64,000 bases of DNA from Monocercomonoides exilis PA203. Lineage: Eukaryota; Protista; Preaxostyla. Position numbers and translations under genes: made by a program. The stretch covers positions 1,612,001 to 1,676,000 of the forward strand of contig LSRY02000012.1 of the NCBI GenBank assembly GCA_001643675.2, in the 5' to 3' direction. A model generated the notes under the pieces. The model did no database searches, was not told the origin of the DNA, and saw nothing but the letters and a program-made list of their open reading frames with translations. This document shows positions 49,577 through 61,700 of this stretch, in pieces (position 1 is the stretch's first letter; each line of letters starts with the position of its first letter).

Positions 49577-50095
49577 TCAGCATAATTGTAAAAGAAAAGG
49601 GGATGAAGAAACAACAGAAACATATGATAATTCGGTTTCTTTTCCAATATTCAATGTTACAGGGCACATCGTAAGTGCAGAATGTAATAAAGAAGTAGAT
49701 CTAAAAACAATTATGAATTAGCAAACAACAAAGAAAATATTACCGTTTAGTACATCTAATAATTGCTGTTTGAGATGAGTTGTCGAAATAAATAAGATTC
49801 CAAATAACGGACGCTATGCAATAATTAATGGATAATAAAACAAATTAAAAATATGATATAAAAAGGCTAACATTTTCCAGTTTCTCCTAAAAATGTAGCC
49901 AGTATAAGTTTTATTCTTCCCAAAGCTTCACTTGAATCATTGACTTTTGTGGAACCCTTGTCTGATTCGCTTTTGTAATAAAAAAATAAATGATTAAATG
50001 TTAATAATCTGAGTAATTAAAAGGAAAATATATGTTATAAACAATTTTATTTTCAAATAATGAAAATGTGGAGCAATTATTCTTTTATTTGACAT
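49577..50095 (-). CDS. RPP14: RNase P/MRP subunit Rpp14/Pop8-like (Rpp14/Pop5 family), 114 aa, 4 exons
   Basis: Exons 50095-50043, 49969-49872, 49813-49744 and 49700-49577 give MSNKRIIAPHFHYLKIKFESDK...RIKLILATFLGETGKSSVIWNLIYFDNSSQTAIIRCTKRSTSLLHSALTMCP...VSVVSSSPFLLQLC*. This matches the Rpp14 pattern (YHYMKV, LFGE, AILR, SSLTL, VSPFLL). Confidence 0.75.
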
Positions 50096-50153
50096 TTATA
50101 TACAAATGATGGTTTTTCCCATTTCCAACTTTTCAATTTCAATTTTCACCGCA
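50096..50153. promoter_or_regulatory. Putative bidirectional promoter / 5' UTRs (58 bp between divergent ATGs)
   Basis: The RPP14-like ATG at 50095 (-) and the WBP11 ATG at 50154 (+) flank a pyrimidine-rich spacer with repeated tttcaa. Confidence 0.55.
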
Positions 50154-51768
50154 ATGGCAAAAGAAAAATCAATGAATCCCGCAGAAGTTTTTCGTAGGCA
50201 ACAAAAGAAAAAAGAGCGTGAAAAAGTTTGATGTTAAAAAGCATTGAAAGCCACAATTTAAGAAATTTATTTGTGATTAAGATTCAAAAACAACGCCAAG
50301 AAAACAGAGAAAAACTGCAAGTTACACGTAATCCAGAAAGTGTAAAACACCAAATCGATCAGCTATCTCATGAAAAAGATTTGTCACGCAACAAAAAAGA
50401 CAAACTAAATCGCTTGAAGCAATTGGTTGAACAAGAAGAAAAAATTGTATGTTCATCAATGTTTTTAAACCTAAAATAATTATGTTATTTTCTCACAGAA
50501 AAATTCCACATCGTTTGTTTTTTATTTTTTTTACATGTGTTTGGTTTTAACTTTTCTGCACTATTTTTGACATTAGCCACAAATACCAATCCACTCGACA
50601 AAGTAATTCAGCGGATGACGATGATATCACAAAAAATTCATCAGGAGAAAATGTTGCATCTTCAAGTTTTCTCAGCGCTCAAACTGGGCAAAACAGGTTT
50701 ATCCCTGGAGCATTGTTTTCATCGCAATACCCTGCCCCACCACCTCCACCACCACCACCTCCTCCTCCTCCACCAGAATTTTACAAGTATTTGCAGCAAG
50801 GACATCAACAAACAGCTAAAGAAGGAGATTTTCAACAAAATGTTTTAGATTCCGAAAAAAAGCAAAATGAAGATGCAAATCAATTGAATGAGGAGCAAAA
50901 TGAAGAGGAAGGTTCCAACATGAATTCATTTCAATATCCCTCTTTCTATCTGAAGCTTTTCCCACCACCAATACCTTTTCAGCCATTTTCACAGCCATTT
51001 TTGGCATCTCCAGCATCCTTAGCACCTCTTCTTCCCTCTCCATTAGCTCCATTATCAATTTCACAGTTTCCAAATCCTGTGCCCCCGATGCCATTTCCCC
51101 TTCCGACTTTGCAAATGCCTTATGTTGATCATATGCCTGGCTCCTTAGCCCCTTCTTTCCCATCATCAAATCCAGGTGCTTCTTCGAATAACCTTCAATC
51201 AGTTGCACTTTCTGATGAAGTTAAATCAGATTCGTCTCCTTCACAGAACTTGGATAATATCGCAAATAATTCCACTTCTCCTCAGCCATCCAACGCAAAT
51301 GAATCAGAAACTACTCACAGTTCATCTGAACCTACCAAATTTACTCCATTCGTTTCATTTGTTCCTCCGTCGATTCTTTTAAAGAGAAAAGCAAAAGAAA
51401 ATCCATCATTGTCAAAAAGTGAGCCTGCAATTGATAGAGGGGAAGAAGTTACAACACTCAGCAGTTCAAATAAACAACTTGATTCTTCAGTCTCGTTGGT
51501 AGCGTCAAAAGATGCGAACTCAAATTCTGATAGCAAATCGACAAGAACTTTGGTAAGCAAATCCAATTCTTCTGATATGTGCAATGATAAAAATTATGTT
51601 TCTGGAGGGCTTTCGGAAAGTGCTGCAACAACTTCCTCTTCTGTTAATCCTTCAAATATACAAACCGAAACAATTTCTAGCAAAGCTGAACCTACAGCTT
51701 CAGATGAGAATAAAATGACACAAGACGAAGATGACGATCAAATAGACATTTTTTCTTTTATGAACTAA
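50154..51768 (+). CDS. WBP11: WW-domain-binding protein 11 (Wbp11 domain plus poly-Pro), 4 exons
   Basis: MNPAEVFRRQQKKKEREK|IQKQRQENREKLQVTRNPESVKHQIDQL matches the Wbp11 N-terminal domain, followed by a poly-Pro tract and FVPPSILLKRK. Exons 50154-50225, 50282-50446, 50499-50512 and 50577-51768. Confidence 0.78.
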
Positions 51769-52087
51769 GATTGAAGCTCAATGTTATGATCTTTCATTTT
51801 TTTATAAAATTGTTTTAATTTATTTTCATTTTTAAGTGCGAATAATAACTTTATTTCAATTTTTCCACATTAATAGGATTATGAATTTTGTTAATGCTGG
51901 AGATAAAAAAAGAAAGAAAGAAAGAAAGAAATTAAATACGAAACTTATCAAAAACTGATTTATTGTTCTTTACAATGCATGAATGAAAAGAAAGAAATTT
52001 TTTTTTTTTTTTTTTTTGATTGCGAAAACAGTGAAAGTCGGAAAAATAATATGGTACACCACATCCCCTCTTCTTTTTCGAAGCTCA

Positions 52088-54460
52088 ATGGGGATTCTGA
52101 TTTTGGATTTTTTCGTTTCTTTTCAGAATGTCCTTGACATCTTGTATACAAAGAGTCATTCTATGGCTGCAATTGTGATGAAATTTTTACCTCCATTGGC
52201 AAAACAGCTTGTTTTAAGAATGTTGTCATTTGGGAATATTCCTTGTAAGGCTTCTGTATTCGAAAGTTGGATCGAAGATACAGTGGAAGGAAGATTAAAA
52301 TGCAAAGAGTGTTTAACACTTTTAAGAAAGCTTCGAGTTTTATTGACAATACAAACACAAACAACACCTCCAGAGACTTTTATTGGAATTAACCCACCAT
52401 TCAGGCAATGCCTACTGATTGCATTATCTGGGTATATTATTGCAAATTTTATTGCATTTATTTGTGTGCATTTTTTTGAAATGTAGACCAGAATGTAGAT
52501 TTTTGTCACCGAAACAAAAGCTTACCCCTACGCCTCCATTATCTTACCTTGCGCGATATTCTACAGAAAGGTTTTCAATCGAGAAATAATTTTCTTTCTT
52601 TCTTTGAGGCATATTTACTTATTTTAGATGGGAGCTTGTTTTTTATATTTTGTTAGGCCGCTTCGAAGATATTGAGCTGCATAGTCACTATCAGCGATAT
52701 GCTCGTCCAATGAACATTCTTCGAATCGTTCTATTATTGCAATCTCTTCAGCTTATTACTGTCATTCAAAATAACGAACCTATTACTGTTGATGATGATG
52801 AAATTAATATTCCTTCAGAAATGACATTAGATGAAAAATTGGGAACAGATAAATCAGAATTAAAATCTGATGAAAAGTTTTCTTCAATGATACCCCACGT
52901 TATGCCAAAGGAGGATTCATCTTTTACTTTGAATTCTTCGATTTATTCAACCAACCCTGGAGCACAAAATAGAGAATTACGAGTTAGTTCTAAAGTCACA
53001 TCAAAAGAAGAAGACGATGATGACGATGATGATGAAGACGAAGATGACTATGACAATGACAGCAGTCTCGATGACAGCGATGAGGTTGGTTTAAAAGGTG
53101 CAGAAAATGGCAACAGCGACGACTATATGCCCGATGATGATGAGTCAGAAGGCGACGATTTTTCAATCAATGAACGCTCTCATTCCACAAAAGCTGCAAA
53201 GAAGAAGAGCAAAAGCGCCAATCCTTCGAAAAATTCAGCTTCTTCTTCTTCTTCTTCTTCTTCTTCCAGTTCACTTCATTCCATTTCAGATTCTCAATCT
53301 CCTTCTCCCTCTCCCTCTCCCTCTTCAGTTCCTTCTTCCTCCACAAATCATCAATCCATCACACACTCTGTTTTTGACTCGATTGAAGAGCTTCTCTTCC
53401 CTTCTCTTCCTCCTCCCCCGCCTCTCCCTCCCCCGCCTTCCATTGTCGCCACCAACACCTCAATCGGCTTCCGCTTTCTTCTTCACTCGACGTCTTCGCA
53501 GTTGTGGCGGCTGTTCATTGCATGTGCCGACACTGCAGACAGAAGAGACACCGCTTCCCGCACAGAAATCGTGTCCCTGCTGACTCGCCTCATCATGCTG
53601 CCAATTGGAAAGAGGCAGAGCTTTGAAGTTGTTGCTCCTCAGAGTGGCACAAGTGAGTTTGGGGTGGATGAGAAGAAGCACATCTCACTCGACGCACAGA
53701 AAGACGCTGAAGATTCGCTGAGGTCGTTTCAGATGACTCCTCTTCAGTTCCGATTTCTGTGTGATTTGAGCGATTTGGGGCTGATCTTCATGTTTTACAA
53801 TGACAACAGCATGTTCTTCACGACGCCGCTGATGGCGCTGCTGAAGGAAGACGAGAACTCGACACACGACGTCTTCAGCGAGCTGGACGAAGGAGAAGAC
53901 GAAGAAGCATCTCAAAACAAGAGTGAGCTAAAGATGATGGCTGATGCTTCTCCTTCTTCCTCCTCCTCTTCCTCTTCCTCTCTTCCCCCAGAGCTGTTCT
54001 CATCCTCCTCCATTCTCCACTCCCTCACCTCTCTCATGGGCTTCATCATTGTTGAGCCCAATGCGCGTGTCTATGCCTTCTCCTCCTCTCCTTTCCACCA
54101 GCGCATTCTCTCTCTCTTTTTGGATGTCGAATATCTTCTTCCTTCTCTTCTCGTCGGCTCGCTCACTCGACGCAGCGTCAGAAGAGCGTTTAAAGCGGAT
54201 CTCCATGCTGAGCAGGTTTTATTGGATTTCTTTTAAGAATTTATTTATTTATTTATTTTATTTATTTCTTATTACGTCTGCTATTATAATTTGTGAATGA
54301 AATGCTCCTTATTCTTTGTAGATTGTTGATTATCTTGAACAGCATTGCCATCCAGCTGCAAAAAAACAGAGTGGCTCCTCTCTTCCTGAAGCAGTTGTCA
54401 ATCAGGTTTATATTACTTTCTTTCTTTCTTTCTCTTTCTCTTTCTCCTTCTCTTTCTCTT

Positions 54461-54493
<33 letters not shown>

Positions 54494-54809
54494 TTGTTTA
54501 TTTGACTTATTGTATTTATATAATCATTGCATTTAACATTATTTTCTGTTTTATTCAAATATTCAGATATTCATATGGAAGAAAGAACGTGAAAGATTCC
54601 GTCTTGCTCCTGCTGTGATGATGGAGCCTTTCCTCTCCACTCACATTTTCGAGTCCACACTTCAATTCACACAATCGACAAATTCTTTGCTTTGGGCAGA
54701 TGCAAACACAGCCACAATCGTCATCAAAGCAGAAGCTCGCGACGTTGTCACTCGACACGTGACGGAGCTTATCGACTTACAAAGATTATCGCTCATTCAG
54801 CAGCAGTGA
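52088..54809 (+). CDS. TFB2: TFIIH subunit p52 (TFB2/GTF2H4), 5 exons
   Basis: Motifs LDILY..FLPPLAKQLVLRML, INPPFRQCLLIALSG, YSTERWELV, TSIGFRFLL, DLSDLGLI, GFIIVEPNARVYAF, LVGSLTRRSVRRAF..AEQ|IVDYLEQHCHP and PEAVVNQ|IFIWKKERER. Start codon inferred. Confidence 0.92.
54419..54492. repeat. Intronic (TC)n/(TCTT)/(TATC) microsatellite
   Basis: Pyrimidine dinucleotide and tetranucleotide run within the last TFB2 intron. Confidence 0.85.
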
Positions 54810-55059
54810 ATTGTCTAATTATTTATTTCATCATTTATGTTTTTGTTCACGTTTTTAATTGTGTTTTTTTGTATATTTTTTCATTTAATGATATATCCGT
54901 CTTTTGACAAAAAACAGAAGGATAATATTTGGTAATGCATTAAATTTTTGCAATAAATACTCCAAATTCTTATTTTATTTTAATAGTTTATTCTGCAAAG
55001 AATTTATTTCTGTTCCGATGGAAATAATTATGGCAACAGATATTATTTGGCAATAATAA

Positions 55060-58000
55060 ATGGGAAAAAGCAAGAAAAAGCCTCAATCAAAAGAGAATGA
55101 ACCCATTCAATTCATAAATTTACATCTGAAAGCACTTCCTGCTGCAGAAGACGATTTTCAAGAGTTTATTGGAGTCATGTGCGGTTTGTTTCTTATTTTT
55201 TTGTGTTGTATGTTTTTTGTGAACTGTATATACAAATTTTTACTCACATAGCTCCAATACAGAAAAAATTAGAAGCAGCAGGTATTGCATATGAAAAGAG
55301 ATTTGGAAGATTAAGTGAGTTTAATGAGGAAATGAATGAGTCAAAAAATCAAAGCGAAGAAGAATCTGCTTCGTCATCTTCAACTCCATCTTCATCTAGC
55401 TCTCGCACTTATGAGCGCAGAACTTATGAAAGAACAAGCGCTTCTGGAACAGCATCAGCGGCTTCTGGAAAATTGGCCAAGTATGTAAAAGAAGACACAA
55501 GGAATTTGTATGAGGTTTTAGAAATTGAAGATATTGGAGAATATGCAACTCCAGAAGAAATAAAGAAAGCGCATCGTAGGCTTGCCTTGAAATACCATCC
55601 TGACAAGAAGGGGAAATCATCAGAAATGACTGATGAAGAAATGGCAACTCGGTTCAGGGAAGTTCAAGAGGCATATGAAGTACTGATGGATCCATTGTTA
55701 AAGAGGCAATACGATTCTCTTCTTCCATTTGATGACAGAATACCAAGTGACGGTCAAGCAAGTGATGCAATTTTTGGTGTTTGGCCTCAACCTTCTTCAT
55801 CATCTGGAACTGAAAAAGTGAAAGGAAAAGGCCGAAATGCTTCAAAGCAAACAACTTCATCGTCAACTTCTCCATCACCGTCACCGTCACCGTCAACTTC
55901 TACATCTTCACAAGATCCTTTGGTTCGTTTTCATACTCGAGAGAACTTTGCATCTGCGTGGAAAGCATTCGAATCGATGTTTGCCGGCGTCTTCCGCCGG
56001 AATTCGAAGTGGTCGCGAGTGCATCCTGTGCCTCAGCTTGGTGCGATGGATGCGTCTCGTGATGAGATCAACGAGTTCTACAAGTACTGGTCGAGCTTCA
56101 AGACATGGCGGGAGTTTCCTTCGTCCGAAGAGATGAATGTGGAGCAGGCAGAGTCGAGAGATGAGAGGCGGTGGATGGAGCGGCAGAATGTGAAGCTGAA
56201 GATGAAGGCACGAAATGCCGAGCTTCAGCGGATCACTCGTTTGACTGAGACAGCACGCACATATGATCCACGTCTTCGGTGGATGAATGAAGAGGAGAAG
56301 ATTGAGAAAGAGCGGAAGGAGAGAAGCGAGAAGGATGCAAAGAGAGAGGAGGAGGAAAGAGAAGAGAGAGAGAGAAAGGCAAGGATGCAGCACAGGAAGG
56401 AAGAAGAAGAGAGAAGAAAGAAAGAAGCAGAGGCGCTAAAGAATCAGGCGAAGAAGCTGCGAAATCGGGTGAGAGGGGATGTGACACAATTGACAAGCAT
56501 TTGCGAAGAAGTGGAACTTTTAAAGGAAAATCAGCTTTGTACTCAAGTAAACATACTTCTGAATGAATTCCAAGCAGAAGAGAAGGAAAAGGAAAAGAGG
56601 AAGGACGGAGCGAAGAAGAAACAGGATAAAGGAAAAGCTGATGAGAAGGAAGAGGAGAAAGAAAGCAAAGAAGAAGGCGAAGAGCAAAAATGGTTGGTTG
56701 AGATATTTAGTTCAAAAGAACTGGATACTTTGAATGTTTCTACAAAAATTTCAACTTACTTGAACCAACTCAATCTCGAGGAACTGAAGGCGAAAAGTGA
56801 TTCATTTGCTGAAATATTAGCTCAATACAAGACTTCTTCCCAGCAACAACCGAAAAAGAAGAAAGGCAAAGAACAGAAAGTAGAAGTTGGAGAAGGTCAG
56901 ACACTCGGTGGAGAATGGAAGAAGAAGGCGCTGTTTGCACTTTCATCGTTCCATTTGGCTGTTGTTGACGCAACAAAAACAGAAGTTGTGTCTCTTTCAA
57001 CAATTGCAGGTGATGATGCTTCTTCTCCTTCTTCTTCGTCTTCTGCTTCTGCTTCTGCTTCTGCTTCATCATCATCGTCTTCTTCTTCTTCAGATTCAGA
57101 CTCCGCTAAGAGTTCATCCCAATGGAGCACAGAAGAGGTGGATCTGCTTATTGCTGCAGTGAAGAGATTTCCTCCGGGTGTGAAGCAGCGCTGGACGAAA
57201 ATCAGCCAGGCCACACGAAGATCAGAAGAGGAGTGCATTGCCAAGTCGAAGGATCTGCAGCAGCAGGGCGGGAAGCAGTCGACAAAGGATTCGATTGAGC
57301 AGTTTCTGCTGCAGCGGCAGAAGCACATTCAGAAGATTGGCGGGGGAAGCGGAGGGAATTACACGGGGTTGGCGTCGGCGACTCCTTCTGCTGTGCCAAA
57401 TGTGAACATCAAAGGAGCAACTGGGTTTGTGCCAATAACAGCGATTCCAATGCAGGCGTATCAGACCATTCTCGAACTTCATAAAGACGAGAAAGACAAC
57501 ACGAAGGGGACAGCGAAAGAACAAGAGGAAGAAAAGCCGAAAAAGAAAGAAAGTTCAAGATCAGGTACAAAAGAACAAGAAAAGAAAGAAGAGAAGAAGG
57601 ACGAGAAGAAAGAAGAAAAATCCAAAGAGACAGAAAATGAAAGCAGTCAGAGTGCACAAGCAGCAGAAGTGAGGTGGTCAAAGGAAGAGCAAATGAAACT
57701 GGAAGAAGGGCTGAGGAAATTCCCTGCTTCACTTGGAAAAGAAAGGTTTGGATAAATTATTGTTCTTATCTTCAGTTAATGAAGTCTTATTTTTCTTTGA
57801 TATTTTGTACTTTTTTTTTTTTTGTTGTTGTTGTGCCTTTTGTATTTGTAATAACATTTATAATTGAATCTTCTGACATTTTGATTTCAATTTTATACTT
57901 TTTTTCAATCAAATATTCTTGAATTTTTTGTTTTTTATCCTTTTTGTCGATTTCCTTCTCTCAGATGGAGCAAGATCGCTGAGCTAATCGGAACAAAGAC

Positions 58001-58112
58001 AAAGAAAGAGTGCATAGAGCGTTTCAAAGAATTGGCAAGGCTTGTGAAAGCAAGTGCTCCTTCTTCGTCTGCGCCTTCTTCATCTCACAGTGCAACACCC
58101 ACTTCAAAATGA
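55060..58112 (+). CDS. DNAJC2: Zuotin/DNAJC2 (MPP11/ZRF1) J-protein with two SANT/Myb domains, 3 exons
   Basis: J domain (LYEVL..ALKYHPDK..AYEVLMDP..YDS), zuotin homology region (FYKYWSSFKTWREF..AESRDERRWMERQN..DPRL) and SANT domains (WSTEEVDLL..FPPGVKQRWTKI; WSKEEQMKLEEGL..ER|WSKIAELIGTKTKKECIERF). Introns 55184-55251 and 57746-57964. Confidence 0.93.
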
Positions 58113-58709
58113 AATATTCAGCTGCTTTTGGAAAAGCGGCAATTAAAGAAATCTTTTCTTATATTTTTGATATTTATTCATTTTTTATGTGAATTAATAA
58201 AAAGCAAATTCTGTTTCAATTTTTCTTTCAACTTTTTGGTATTAAATTGGTTAAATCAACAAAAGTTGTAAAAGAGAAATAAGTTCAATTGAAAATATGA
58301 ACCCAGTTTGAATTGAATTGCTGTGTATTTTCCTTCTCAACAACAGTCACGAATCAATCAAACTTCTATTCTTTCCACAAAAAGTTAATAGCTTATCAAA
58401 TATGTTTTCTTTGGATAAACTTAACACAGAAGTGTGAAAATATTTGTGCTAAATGTAAATTACACCAAAAGAATTTTCAAATATACACGCAATTGTATCA
58501 ATTCAAAAAAAAAGTGTGTGTGCTGCATCAAAATAAAATCCTTAAACAATTTCTAATAAACAATAAAAAATGGAAATTATGAAAACAATCAAAGAATACA
58601 ATATATACAAACATAATCACCACATCATCCTTATCTACAAAAGCTCAACAGTTCAAAAAGAAGTATAGCCTTCCCTCTTCTTCCCTCAAAACCATCATTC
58701 ATTTTCAGT

Positions 58710-61700
58710 CTATTTTTCCTTCTTGTGTTTTTTGTGCTTCCTTTCTGATTCATCTGGCAGCTCTTCCGCCAGCGTGAGTGCCTTGTCCATGTCAATGTCA
58801 TCGATCCCTTCTTCTTCCAGCAGCCGCCTCAAAAGCGCTCTTTCTTTCTTTCTTTCGTCTTTCGTCTTCTTCTTCTTGTCTGTCTCGGCCTCTTCTTCCA
58901 ACAGAAGCTCTTCCAGCTGCCTTTCCAGCTCTTCTTTTTCTTTGTCCTTCTTCTTCTTCTTCTTCTTCTTCTTCTTCACTCCTTCTTTCTCCTCCTCCTT
59001 CTTGTCCTCTTCCACTCCCATTCTCTTCTCTTCTCCTTCTCCCTTTTCATTTCTTCCATTTTCTCCTTCTTTCTCTCCTTCTTCTCCGCTCATCTGTCTT
59101 CTTTCCTGTTCTTTCTGTTCTTTTTGCTCTTTCTGTTCTTCTCTTCTTATTTCTGTCTGAATCATTTCAATCTTCTCATTCTTTGTTTCAGATGTTCCAT
59201 TCACCCCTTGTCCACTTTGTGTGTTCGTGCTTGTGTCTTCTGGCTGACTCAAAATGTCTGAAAGAGGCCTTCTTTCTGGCTCATTGGAAATAATTGAGTT
59301 AAGAGCAGAAGCGATTGGAGAGGGAGAAGGAGAAAACGAAAGAGAAGAAGAAGAAGAGTAGGAAGAAGAAGAGGAAGAAGAAATGTGTGAAATAGAAGGC
59401 AATGCAATTGAAGAAGGTAATGTTTGTGAGGGAACTTCTGATGAAGGCGAATAAGAGAAGTTGGGATTTTGTGTTTGTGTTTGTGTTTGTTGTGGACGAG
59501 GAGGAGAGGTCTGAGAGAAAGCAGAGGAGGCTGGGTGAATATTTGCAGGATGATTATAATGGGGATTATTTGACATGTTTGAAGTGTTTGACATGGAAGT
59601 GTCTGCATTTTTGGTTGCATACGAAGAAGCAGCTGAAGAAGAAGAAGCAGAAGAATACGCAAAAGGCGCTGTGTTGTTTGAAGCAGTGATTGAAATGGTG
59701 CCATCGGCTGAGATGAACAAGGGACTTGTGGTTGGCAAAGAGGAAGAAGAGGAAGAAGAAGGTGATGATGATGATGAAGGTGAAGGTGAAGGTGAAGATG
59801 GAGACAGAGATGATGATGTCGATGTAATTGAAGATAATAACTGCTGAGGAGATATAAAAGGTGCCTTTGAAATGTTTGTGTTTGGGGATTGGTTCAAAGA
59901 CAACTGAGAAGAAGAGGAAGAGGAAGAAGAAGAAGAAGGTGATGTAGATGATAAATCAGAAAGTGTGTTTGCTGTGATGTTACTGACTGAAGCAGACGAA
60001 AATGAGGGAGGCATAACACTTTGAGATACACTGGATATGTTTGAAGAGTATTTTGTGTCTGAATTCTGCTGAAATGTCTGAGGGAAGAGTTGAGAAGTGG
60101 CAGAAGAGAGAGAAAGAGAAGGAGGTGGAGGAAGAGAAAGAGAAGAAGAAGAAGAAGAAGAAGCAGAGGAAGAAGAAGAAGAATCAGAAGAAGGAAACAG
60201 TTTTGGAGTGAAAGGATTAGCAGATGAACTGAACTTCTGTGTGTTTTGCATGTTGAGTGGAGAAGTAGAAGAAGAAGAAGAAAGAGAAGAAGGAGAAGAA
60301 ACAGAAGAGGAAGAAGAAGAAGAAGCAGCAGAAGAGGAAGGAGAAGACAAAGACAAAGAAAGGTGTGAAATGGCAGGGGCAGTTGCAGTTGGCTGTGAAG
60401 TGGAGGAAGAGGCGAGTGAGGTGAATGGAGAAGAAGACAAGACAGAAGGCGAGGAAGGCGTCGGCTGTCTCATCGGAGAAGGGAAAGAGGAAGAGTAGAA
60501 GACACGGCTAGTGGAAGAGAGAGAGGAAGAAGAAGACAAAGAAGAAGAAGAAGATAAAGAAGATGGAGAAAGAGATGAAGAAGAAGAAGAAGATGATGAT
60601 GGTGATGGTGAAATTGATGATGATGAATTGTGTGTGTTGCCTGAAGAAAGCAGCGGGGCAGCTGTTGCTGGCCGCTGAATCTGTCTTGTTCTGTCTGACG
60701 ATTTGGATGGAAATGACGAAGGAGCAATGACACCTCCATTGGCATTCTGAACAGAAGAAGAAGAAGAAGAAGAAACAGAAAAAGAAGAAGATACAGCATT
60801 CATTTGGGTCTTTCCTCCATTTCTGTTTGAGAGAGCGCTCAACAGGGAGACAGAAGATGGGCGTGTGATTGGCCTCTCCAGAATGTTGCGCTGCATCGCA
60901 ATGCGAATCTGCGCCTCTCTTTTGGCGAAGTCAGAGTGGGACGAGGGAGAAGAGGCAGCTGGCGTGGGCAGAGGAGACAGATGGTGCCAGGCGCCAGGCA
61001 CAGCCATCGGGCGGAAGGAAAGGGAAGGCGTGGCAAGATATGGATTGTCCTTCTTCTTCTTCGCGCGTATCTGCCCTTCCTCTTCCCTCACTATCTCCCT
61101 CTCCACCCGCCTCCAGAACGCCCGCTCTTCTGCCTCGTTCGCCTTCGCAATGCGAATGTTCTCTTTCATTCCGATGCCTCTGCTGCCAAACACTCCAAAT
61201 GCACTCAGACTGCTGCTGCCAATGCCATCATACTCATCATACTCCTCCTCATCATCATCGCCATCTTCTCCATTGCCTTCCTCGTCTTCCTCTGAAAAGT
61301 CAAACAAATCGTCAAAGTCTTCATTCAGCTTGTCGCTCGCTGCCCAGCTCGCAAAGAACTGCTGAGGTGCCAATTCTTCCTCTTCTTCCTCGTCTTCTTC
61401 GTCTTCTCTCTTCCTCCTTCCAATCAGCCCAAGTCCAAATCGCCCTTTCTCCAGGGCGTTGCTGATGATCCTGTTGATGTCGTTCTTCTTTCTGTTCTGT
61501 CTGATCCGGTTGATCGACGCAGAGAGAGGAGGAGAAATGCTGATAAGCCTCACAAACTGCTGCGGAGTCAGCTCTTCCATCCACCATTTCGTGTTATTTT
61601 CAGATGAAGAAGAAGATGATGAAGCAGCAGATTCTCCTTTCCCTTCTCCGTTCTTCTTCTCTTCTCCTCCATTTCCTTCTTTCTCCCCCCTCGCCTTCCT

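Noticed and set aside
51983-52087. Track start for TFB2 at 51983
   Set aside because: It encodes a poly-Phe from a T-run; similarity to TFB2 begins near the ATG at 52088.
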